Part shown: positions 46,635 to 57,200 of the stretch, one piece after another
Position numbering within the stretch: the stretch's first letter is position 1
Layout: every line of letters begins with the position of its first letter
Assembly: GCA_964035575.1 (NCBI GenBank)
Contig: OZ037833.1
Location: 1-64,000, forward strand
Direction: 5' to 3'
From: Rhynchopus sp. YZ270_cl-10
Lineage: Eukaryota
Length of the DNA stretch: 64,000 nucleotides
Program-made: the position numbers and the translations under genes
Notes under the pieces: generated by a model
Database searches by the model: none
Seen by the model: the letters and a program-made list of their open reading frames with translations, nothing else
What the model was told of the DNA's origin: nothing

Positions 46635-47415
46635 CTGTGCAAGGATGCTGTGCAAGGATGCTGTGCAAGGATGCTGTGCAAGGATGCTGTGCAAGGATGC
46701 TGTGCAAGGATGCTGTGCAAGGATGCTGTGCAAGGATGCTGTGCAAGGATGCTGTGCAAGGATGCTGTGCAAGGATGCTGTGCAAGGATGCTGTGCAAGG
46801 ATGCTGTGCAAGGATGCTGTGCAAGGATGCTGTGCAAGGATGCTGTGCAAGGATGCTGTGCAAGGATGCTGTGCAAGGATGCTGTGCAAGGATGCTGTGC
46901 AAGGATGCTGTGCAAGGATGCTGTGCAAGGATGCTGTGCAAGGATGCTGTGCAAGGATGCTGTGCAAGGATGCTGTGCAAGGATGCTGTGCAAGGATGCT
47001 GTGCAAGGATGCTGTGCAAGGATGCTGTGCAAGGATGCTGTGCAAGGATGCTGTGCAAGGATGCTGTGCAAGGATGCTGTGCAAGGATGCTGTGCAAGGA
47101 TGCTGTGCAAGGATGCTGTGCAAGGATGCTGTGCAAGGATGCTGTGCAAGGATGCTGTGCAAGGATGCTGTGCAAGGATGCTGTGCAAGGATGCTGTGCA
47201 AGGATGCTGTGCAAGGATGCTGTGCAAGGATGCTGTGCAAGGATGCTGTGCAAGGATGCTGTGCAAGGATGCTGTGCAAGGATGCTGTGCAAGGATGCTG
47301 TGCAAGGATGCTGTGCAAGGATGCTGTGCAAGGATGCTGTGCAAGGATGCTGTGCAAGGATGCTGTGCAAGGATGCTGTGCAAGGATGCTGTGCAAGGAT
47401 GCTGTGCAAGGATGC
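46635..47415 (+). repeat. (GTGCAAGGATGCT)n 13-bp minisatellite, about 60 copies, preceded by four GCACCCTGTGCACC motifs (46475-46626)
   Basis: Read directly. Same unit and orientation as 32287-32528. Confidence 0.97.
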
Positions 47416-47764
47416 CTCCCCCACGAGCGCACAAGTGGCAGCAGTGTGTGCTGTGTCTGCGTGTCACTGCATAGGAACATCCTTCAGCACAGCACACCTC
47501 TGCATTCTTCCTCCGGTACACACGGCACTGTGGACCATGCTTCACACCCCATGCTTCACACTATCCAACACACTCCGACGGCAGCACGGTCACTTCCTTC
47601 ACAGACTCAGACCCAGATTCAACCTCGTCACCTGCCTGCTTCTGTTCTTGACCCTGTGTCTGTCGTGTGCCTGCCACTCAGCAACAGATGGCGAATCCCA
47701 GGCAGCAAAGCGCTGTGACGACCATTTGGGTGACGGGCTAAAAAACCCTCCCAGCAGGTTAGCG

Positions 47765-48470
47765 AGCTGGTGTGGTAATGAGGCAGAAAAGACGCTCTTT
47801 AACACATCTTATCATGTACCTGGGAGGGAGACTCAAATGACAGTCATTGGGATAAAAATGGAGCACTTGAAAGCTTCACCTTCCGCCCCTAATGTGTACC
47901 AAGTAATGGAACACTGGCATCTGCATGAACTCACTTTTTTTAGCAGGGTGGTGTGTGGTAATGAGGAAGAACAGAGGCCTTTTCACACAGCTCACGCCTG
48001 GTTCGCGTGCGCGCTTCGCGCGCCCGCTCACTGTAGCAAGTGGGTGAACCACTGGTACAGTTGTTCAACATGACAGGCGCTGAAAAAAAATGACAGGGGC
48101 ATGCCCAAGTGCGCTAGCGCCCAGCTAGGTGTGATCGGTACTTCGTCTGCGGCTTTTGTTAATACTCTCAGCATTTAAAAGCCTCAGGGAAATGAGGCAG
48201 AACAGAGGCCTTATAACAGCCCACGCCTGGTTCGCGTGCGCGCTTCGCGCGCCCGCTCACTGTATCAAGGGGGTAAACCACTGGTGCAGTTTTTCAATGC
48301 ACCTTTCTGTGCAAAAATGGCACTTAATACTTTATAATATGCCACGAAGATCAATAGAGGCAGCGCTGACAGCCGTCTGCCCAAGTGCGCAAGCGCCCAT
48401 CGAGGTGTATTTGACACTTCGTCTTAGGCTTTAGTTAACATTCTAAAAATTGTATAGCCTCAGAGAAGTA
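47765..48470 (-). repeat. Diverged tandem repeat (about 240-280-bp units) related to the satellite GC block, in the opposite orientation
   Basis: CACGCCTGGTTCGCGTGCGCGCTTCGCGCGCCCGCTCACTGTA x2, GCCCAAGTGCGCxAGCGCCCA x2 and GTGTGGTAATGAGG x2. Confidence 0.75.
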
Positions 48471-49639
48471 CTCCTTCTGCTGATAAATAAACGTTTTAAA
48501 AATAGGATGGAACACCCCGTTTTAAGGAGGAAGCAATCACCCTGTAAAATGGGTGTGTCGCCAGTCTGCGGTGAGAAACTCCTTCCCTGAGTCAAATCTG
48601 CCGCTGGTTAGCTGGCAAAGGTCCCTTTTCACCCGGTCACAATCGAGTCTTGCTCCGTCGGCGTTGACTGCACTGAAAAGCCCCTTGATCCACCGTCACA
48701 ATATAACCACAAAAACGTAGGTAAGTGGGGGGACCGGCAGGTTACAGACAGAAGCAGTACAGGATTCCTGCCCCCAGTAAAAGACTCAGGGAATCCTTCT
48801 GCTGTATTCGTACTTCCCCGACGCCAACTAGACGAGTACTGGTCCGGAACCTCTGTGTTGAATCATTACATCGTAAATCCTGTGGGTTTGCGGTATACCT
48901 ACAGTATGTGGACCTTCGGTACCTTCACCCCTCTATGCACTTTTTCCCCACAGACCAAAGCCCTTCACACTATTTCTAGATTAATTGCCTTGAGATTCTT
49001 CAACACATTACCAGTGCGCTCATAGTCTTGGGACAATTTGTTTTCAAAATTAAAACGTGAAATTCTAGAAATTTTCTGAAATTTCACTCCTACCCTCGCC
49101 AGTATTTCCAGCACTTCGACAGTGTTACTCTCAGCATATTTTTTGGTTCTCTGTACCATGTGTTCGTTATCTTTCCATTGCGACCACTCTCGGTAGGATT
49201 CATACCTCACATATTTATTCATTCACACCCGAGCGTAAAAAGTCGAAAATTTTTGGTTTTTGTGGCAAACGCCAGCTGGTCTGAAGAGTGATCTGACCAT
49301 ATTCCCCAGGTATAACTGGTACTCAAAAAATGAATTGGCGAAGGAATCTTGCACTTTTGACCACCACACATTACATGTGTTTTTAAGGCATAAATGACCG
49401 AAAAAGCTGATTTTTGGCCGAATGCCAAGTGTCACTAACATTCGGATTTTTTGAATAGGCCTGGAAAAAAGTAAAAATTCTGCCCTCAATATCTCCAAAC
49501 TGGCAGATTTTCACAAAAATAATTTATTCTGATGTGCCATTTCATTTATTTTTTTTCGTGTTTTCCGGTCTATGGTGAGGGTGGGTGTGGGTGGCGCACA
49601 CCTCTAAAGTAAAAACTAAAAAACTAAGGTTTTTTAGAA

Positions 49640-50460
49640 TTATTGGTGCCTGTACCCATCTCTCTGTGCGTCACGGTGCTGGCGCAAGCGGTCCCAGAAG
49701 GCCTGGCGCGGATGTTGGCCCATCCTGCAGACCCATCCTGCGCACCTATCGTCACCACCAGACGCATTGTTGTGGTGGAAGTTCTCGTGCAGCACCCACG
49801 ACCGGCGGTACCCATCCGTCAGCAGCATCTGGCGTGGCTTTGCGTACTCGGCACACAGCGCCCCATGCACGTACATCCCTGTCTCCATCACGTTGTGCTC
49901 CCAGGTCATGTCGTGTCCCGAGAGCTGGTACTCGAACCTCCTGCGTTGTGTACGTCACCCCCTCAGGCCAGTAGATGCACTCGTACGCACCGCACAGGAA
50001 GTTCGGCATCGTTGCGTCGGGCACCACCAGCGACGACGTCCCAACAGCCCCGCACCTGTTCCCCAGCGTCTCCACCTCCGCCGCACCCAGGGCACGCGAG
50101 TACACACGCACGTCCTACGAAGACCTGTCTGCACACGCCCACGCAGTGTCGGCGGAGCTGTTCCCGATGGACAGGTGCGAGCAGGAGTTCCCGTACGAAA
50201 GTGTGACGGACATGACGTCGCGCACGGTGAGTGGACTTTGGTGCGCTGTCTGCTGGGCCGGGCCTTGTGACGCTGTCGCTGAAAGTGGGGCAGGCGGGTG
50301 TGCTGCTGCAGTCTGAGGCGGTGACGGTTGCCGAGGACGCAGGGCGTGTGTCGGTGGCAGTGCTGCAGTAGGAAAACTCGAGCGGCACGTACGCGAACAG
50401 GCTTGCCCCTCCTGTCCGATGTCTGCCAGCGCACAGCGTGCCTCGCAGCGGTTGAACGAA
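49640..50460 (-). pseudogene. Degraded GC-rich coding fragment, possibly LamG/concanavalin-like
   Basis: GC-rich island with broken frames. [14 protein letters not shown] resembles the LamG C-terminal motif, and an in-frame stop lies directly before it. Confidence 0.4.
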
Positions 50461-50497
50461 CACACAATACCCCGACAGTTAGTGTTTGTTTTTTGTC

Positions 50498-51243
50498 CTT
50501 GGAAAGACGGTCTGAATGTGAAAGACGGTCTGCAAGCCCCTCGTACATCGTAGTTCCTCCTGAGAGAACAATGTTGGCGTACAAGTCCTTACGCACATCG
50601 ATGTCACACTTCATGATGGAGTTGTACACCGTCTCATGGATTCCGTTTGCCTCAAGCCCAATGAACTGTGGCTTGAAGAGTGCCTCAGGGCAACGGAATC
50701 TCTCCGAGCCCACTGTGATCACCTGTCCATCGGGAAGCTCGTAGTCTTTTTCCAACGACGACGACGACGAGGCCAGGGACATCTCCTCGTCAACGTCCTG
50801 TAAAATGGTGGTGGGTTTTTGGGGTTTTCTTTTTCCTGTACAAAATATGCATACCAAGGCAACGTAGGCGAGCTTTTCTTTCACATCACGCACAATCTCG
50901 CGCTCTGCAGAGGTGACAAAGCTGTTACCACGTTCTGTCAGAAGCCTGATCATCCAGTCTGTCATGTCTCCTCCAGCCATGTCAATACGAAGCACGGCGC
51001 GCGGCAGAGAGTACACCTCGTAGATGGGAACTGTGTGGGTCACACCATCTCCTGAGTCAAGAACAATTCCTGTTGTGCGCCCTGATGAGTACAGGGACAG
51101 CACCGCCTGGATCCCAACGTACATTGCAGGGCTGCTGAACGTCTCAAACATGATCTGTGTCATCTTTTCACGGTTGGCCTTTGGGTTCATGGGCGCTTCT
51201 GTGAGAAGCACGGGGTGATCCTCAGGTGCAACACGGAGCTTCA
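50498..51243 (-). pseudogene. ACT: Actin fragment (roughly the middle 60% of the protein), truncated at both ends, with one 57-bp GT-AG intron (50798-50854)
   Basis: [34 protein letters not shown]...[19 protein letters not shown]...[18 protein letters not shown]. Normally conserved sites are changed (YEVY, LPRA, AGGD), and the actin N- and C-termini are absent. Confidence 0.92.
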
Positions 51244-51323
51244 TTTGTTGAAATTTTCTGGCTTTTTCTGAACTTTTCCCAGCTACTTTTCTGGTCGAGT
51301 AGCCATTTTCAGTAAAATAGCTA

Positions 51324-51453
51324 CCGTAATCGTAAGAATGCTGGGGCGTAAAATTTTTGGGACGTAAATATTCTGGGGCGTAACAAAACTGGGACATTTT
51401 GGGCTTTTTTAAACTTGGGACATTTTTACGTCCCAGAATTCTTACGATTACGG
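51324..51453. mobile_element. 130-bp MITE, 30-bp TIRs (28/30 match), TA on both sides; Tc1/mariner-pogo-like
   Basis: TA|CCGTAATCGTAAGAATGCTGGGGCGTAAAA ... TTTTACGTCCCAGAATTCTTACGATTACGG|TA. Confidence 0.82.
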
Positions 51454-53969
51454 TATTTGTGTATTTTTCTGTTGTGTTATTTCTGTTGTAGGAGTAAAGG
51501 GCAGCAGGAGGACCTTGTTAAAGAGTTTAACAAAAATTGCTATTTTTATTTAGTTTTTAGTCGGTTTGTAGCTTGGCTCAAATATTATTTTGAGCGTCGC
51601 CTTTCCTTTTTTATTAACACAAATGGAGGTCGTGGAGTCGAGTGGGTGGGATTTGGAGACCGTGCCAAACGTTACAAATAAAAATGTTGGTAAGATGAAG
51701 CTAAGCATCGGGCTTAGTCACCTTGAAAATGCTGAACCCTGACATGTGAATACCGTCCGTCGAGCAAGCTAAGAGCAAGCTAAGAGCAAGCCCTCTGAAT
51801 AGGCGGTTCCACATGACCGAATCGTGGGTGGAGAGTTGAGGTACAGACACACTTCGCCTTCGGAGTGTACAGAGTGGCAATAACTCTGGTCTGATAAGAC
51901 GCAAATAACAAAAGAGAAACAAAAGAGAATAAAACGAAAACAGGATTCCAACAAAATGGAAACCTGCAAACCCTTGCACCTCATCGGTGGTTTGTCAGGC
52001 GCAAGAAATAAAAAGTAATGGAGGGTCACGCTCTCGTGATCCTCTTATCTCATGGTACATATGTGGTTCTTTCTTCCCTTTTTCCTTTTGGGAATGCAGT
52101 ATGCACTCGTTGTTTCTAATGAAAAACTTTGATTGTGCGGTGGCACACTGTCTTTGTTTGAAAACCTGGTTGTATTAATGTAGACAAGCTCCACAATACA
52201 ACACGCGTCTATGTTATGCCTTTTTTTGGCCGAATGCCACGTTTTATTTTGTTTTTTTTTTTTTTTTTTCTTTTTTTTTTTCTTCTTTTTTTCTTGTTCC
52301 ATTGGTACCCAGCTGGTTCTGGGGTGTGGAGGGGAGGGATGCATGTATTAGTGTAGACTGATTGTAGACACCCGAGGATGAGCACCACCATACTACACTT
52401 GTTGTATTTATTTTTTTGTTTTTTTGGGGGACTGGTTGGGAGGCTGTCCGCGATAAGGAAGTACGATGTACAACATCCAATAGGATTTGTTTTCGGAAAT
52501 CAAAAAGAAGGAGGGACAGAATTTTTAGATCGTCTTTCCTTCCTCAAGATAAGAACGCCACGAGGCAATCACTGCAAGCGTATGGCTGAACGCTCAACGG
52601 TGACGGCCATGTGTGCCGTGCTCCGAGCACATCAGTACATTCCTTTACTTCGTAAACTGCAAAGAGAAAAAAAATGGAGCTCGCAAAAAAGGTGAATTTA
52701 AGTATTGCTGATGGAATTGCGCTCTGCTCTGTGGGACTTTCCCTGCGCCAGTATTGCGTAGAAGAACACAAGAAAGCTTGGGGGAACAAGAAAAAAAGAC
52801 CACAAACAGAACAATAATCAAAAACAAACGGCGTACGCTTTTTTTACGTAAAAAAGAAAGAGTCTTTCTGTCATCCTCATGAATGTGCCATGTGGATTGA
52901 TAATACATTGCACAAATCTATTGTGCTGGTGTCGGTGTAATGGGGTTCTGGAGGGAAACGGAAGGGAAAGGTGGGCAATCTTTGTCTAAAAAAACAACAG
53001 CAAAGATTGTGATAAACAAATGATAAAGTAGCTGCACGTAGGAAGTTTTCGTAATTTCCTGCAGCCAAAAAGGGGGGGATGGATTAACGTCTTTGGGTGA
53101 ACTTCAAATAGTGATTGGAAGCAAAGGGATTTTTCCAATAGTTCATGAGTTCTCTCGAAATATGTGTTTTTGGAAGAATGTTGCCGCTGATGAGCGACAA
53201 CGCACATTCCACTCTTGAATGAAAAATGAGGGGACACCAAAAAAAAATTGGTTTTTTAAAAAACTAATTGTTGGATTGATTCAGTTGTGTGTAAAGCAAA
53301 AACATCCTCAGTACAGCCGCGAATTCTCCACAAGAAAAATCAGGCTTGCCAGAAAATATTATCAACACGAAAAGAAAAAAAAAAATTACAAAAACAGAAG
53401 TTTATGAAGGGTGTGTACAAACTTCGTTTTGCTCAGAGGAGACGCGTGGTTCCTAAAAAATAGGGCTTCTGGTTCCTCAAAATGCACTTATTAACAACAT
53501 TGAACCGCTCAATATAAGAAGCACTCGTAAAATACAAAAAAGAAAATGAAACCGATAACGTGCAGACTCCTCGTTGATATGGGAACATACACACAAAACT
53601 GAACGGAACACCAGCATTCATCTTTTCACAATCGTTTAAGTAAAATTGTAAGCAGACAGTCCTAAAAGGATTCAAAACAAATGCAAATAAAAACATCAGT
53701 AAATTGAGTCCCTCCTCTCTTATTTGAAAATTGCCAAAGTGTTGAGGGAAAAGACTGCAATTAACATTTGCGCATTGAACGGATCACGATACCTTCCTCA
53801 TGGAGAAGGATCGCACAGCGGTGCGTATAGTGACACTTCAACATTGCTCGGAAAAAGAATGGACAAAGGTGATGGTGGAAAAGGGGAAAGGAGAAGAGGG
53901 GAAGAGAGGAAAGTGGGAAGAGGGGAAAGGGGAAGAGGGGAAAAGGGGAAAGGCACGGGGAGGGGGTTA

Positions 53970-54106
53970 GGGGGTCCGACTCCCATAGGAATTTTTGTCC
54001 ATTTAACTATTTTTCCCTAACACTCCATGTTTGGCCAGGGCCTCTCCAGCGTGTCAGTTGCAAAAATAATTAAATGGACAAAAATTCCTATGGGAGTCGG
54101 ACCCTC
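53970..54106. mobile_element. 137-bp MITE, ~45-bp TIRs, TA on both sides
   Basis: TA|GGGGGTCCGACTCCCATAGGAATTTTTGTCCATTTAA ... TTAAATGGACAAAAATTCCTATGGGAGTCGGACCCTC|TA. Confidence 0.82.
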
Positions 54107-54289
54107 TACGGGGAGGGGGTCCGGGGAGGTAGGATAACGACGTCAAACCGTATTCTGCTCGTTGACTACTCAAATTCAACTCAAGTGAACAGCGCATACA
54201 GCTGGAACAATCGTACAATGGTTTTAAATTAAGTAAAAATACTGGTGGTTCGGGGATGAACCTATTTCTGCAAGCTTGTAAGCTGTCCA

Positions 54290-57200
54290 CTACACCACAG
54301 GACAAATCGTGTTTGCAGCAAACACACTCCAATTGAAGGTGCAGTCCTTAAATTTACTCTCCTTGCTGTCCGTGATGACCTGTCCAGTCACGGTTGTCTC
54401 ACGGATGTCCACCTTGTGGGTGTAGTCCGCAACAAGCAGCGACCCAACCAGCTCACCCTCGCGCACCCTCACAATCCTGCTCCCAGACGTCGAGGCCTCG
54501 TTGTTCTTTACGTTGTACATGAGGAACTGCTTTCCGGCAGGGTACGCCTGGTCAAACACAGCCTTGCGCACAGCGGTGAAGTGCGAGTGGTCCTTGTGCA
54601 TGGTGGGATCGTCGTGGCTGTGAGTGTGACTGCCGGTGTGCGGGCTGTCAAAGATCAGGTTCAAAATCACAAATCCACCAGCGCGCACAACAAGCTCAGA
54701 GTCGTGGATGTGGCCCTCGTGGTTCGCGTTGCTGTGTCCCATGCTGTGGCTCTTGCTGTGGCTGTGCGACTTGGTGCCGTGTCCCACCGGGTATGGGTCG
54801 TACAGCCAGTTGTTCACATCCACATCTTGGAACACGTTGTACACAAGCTCGTCACCCTCAAGAATCATGTCATTGCTGTTGGCACTGTCGTATGTAATCT
54901 GTGAAACAGACGGCTCCGTCACAGCTGTCACAACACAGCTATCCTGTTCGTGCCCAGTGCAAAGCACCGCCTTTGTTCCCTCCCTCCAGTTCGCAGGGGT
55001 CACACGAAGCGTGTCTGAGAAAGTCGTCATCGAATGAGATTCGCTGGGCATGCTATGCTGCATCGTGCCTGTTACAGTCGTATGCTTCACATCAAGATTT
55101 TTGTAGCTTGTCCCCACGTTGCCAGCAATGCTTCCCACGGTGTCATCAATCTTCACCTTCCCGCTACCAAACACAGCGTACTCGCTCACAGCACCCAAGG
55201 TTCCGTCGCCATCGACACTGGGGTTCAACACACGCACCGTCTGGTCCCACGTGGCTGTGGTCCCGCACCTGTCTACAGCAGTCCACCTGCGTGTCACCAC
55301 AGCAACACCGTCCGTGCAGCCTGCCGGCCCACTGTTGAAGACTACGTGCACGTCACTGTGCTCAAGCGTGATGTTGTACGACACAAGGTCGAGTGCGGCC
55401 ATGTCTGCGTGCACGGCCACGTCCTCCACCTGTGGCACACCCGTCACCGCCGTCCCGTAGGCAGTGTAGAACGGTACAGACACAACGTCTGCAGGCTTTG
55501 ACACAAACGTCGGCGGGTACACGTCACGCACAGTGATCACCTGTACCTGACGTGTTGTCAGTGACGCGTGGTACACAGCAAGGTCGCCTCCACAGTCGAG
55601 GTAGTGTGGCTGGATCTTCCACGTGCGCTCAATCGTCCACACACCACACTCCTGCAACTCCGGCTCGGCGTCATCATAACGGATCGTGAATGGCGTCCCA
55701 CAGAAGGCTTCCCCAACAGGGAAGCCCAGCCCCGGTACGCCTGCAACGTCGTACGGGTTCAGTGTGCTCGTCGTAGTCACATCCACGGCTGCTGGGAACG
55801 ACGCAAACACGGGTGCAATCGAGTGCAGGTTCCTGTCCGTCACAACCGCCACGTCTGGAACCTGTCGCCTGCACCCATCTGCATCCCACACGTTAACTGC
55901 ACACACGTCCTTCGCAGTTGCCGACGAGTCAATCGGAGCAAATGCTTTCGTTCCCGTCACCACATGCTTCCCTGCGTGGCAGGCATCTGCGAGTTGCTCC
56001 ACACCCGGGGCATATGAAAACTCCCGCTTCGACTCTACCCAATCCTGCGTGGCTGTCAGTGCTGCCGGCGGGTGCTGCACCATGATGTCCTGCACAAACA
56101 CTCTGCTGTTCCCACATCTGTCTGTTGCCGTCCACGTACGTGTGAACGATGCAAGTCCATGTGTGCGGCACGTCGCCTCGTCTCCCGCACCTGCCGGCGC
56201 CTCCACAAACGGCCCATCCACAGACACCGTTGTTGTTGGGTAAGACACAAGACCAAGTGCCAACATGTCATCGTGAGCAACCTCATCCGTGAGTGGCATC
56301 GAGTTTGCGGCACGCCAGTTCCCAAAGAATGGGATCTCGACAGATGCGTCAGGGGTGCTGGTGTAGTCGGGCGCACGCACGTCACGCACAGTAATCACCT
56401 GCACCTGACGTGTTGTCAGTGACGCGTGATACACAGCAAGGTCGCCTCCACAGTCGAGGTAGTGCGGCTGGATCTTCCACGTGCGCTCAATCGTCCACAC
56501 ACCACACTCACCCATCACAGGAGCGGCGTCGTCAAAGCGGATCGTGAAGGGTGTCCCACAGAAGGCGTGTCCGACCGGCACACCCAACTCGTCCTCGGGG
56601 TTGAGTGAGTGATCTGTGTCAATCGTGATGTCGGCAGGGAAGGTCGCAAACGTTGGTGCCACGGAGTGCAGCAACAGCGTATGCATCACCGGCGCACGCC
56701 TGCATGCGTTCTCTTCCCACTCAGGTGCCACACAGGCGCTCGGGTTAGTTGGTGATGTGTCGATCGGGTTGAAGTGCTGTGTGTCACCCACAATGGACTT
56801 CCCTGCGTGGCAGTCATCTGCAAGTTGCTCCACACCCGGGGCATATGAAAACTCACCAAGTGCCGCCGTCCAGAGCTGCGTGGCCGTCAGTGCTGTCGGC
56901 GGGTGCTGCACCATGATGTCCTGCACAAACACTCTGCTGTTCCCACATCTGTCTGTTGCCGTCCACGTACGTGTAAACGATGCAAGTCCATGTGTGCGGC
57001 ACGTCGCCTCGTCTCCCGCACCAGTTGGGGCTGCCACCAGCGGTCCGTCCACAGACACCGTTGTTGTTGGGTAAGACACAAGACCAAGTGCCAACATGTC
57101 ATCGTGAGCAACCTCATCCGTGAGTGGCATCGAGTTTGCGGCACGCCAGCTTCCAAAGAATGGGATCTCGACAGATGCGTCAGGGGTGCTGGTGTAGTCG

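Noticed and set aside
46387..48073. ORFs of 270-518 aa with CCARMLCKDAVQG repeats (also at 32241-32884 and in the 7-mer and 9-mer arrays)
   Set aside because: They are translations of minisatellites.
49955..51397. 480-aa ORF as a functional actin fusion protein
   Set aside because: Its start lies inside a MITE, it reads through an intron, conserved actin residues are mutated, and the tail is unrelated sequence.
52240..52296. T-rich tract as another retroelement poly(A) tail
   Set aside because: The tract is interrupted, the adjacent sequence does not match the CRE 3' end, and no TSD was found.
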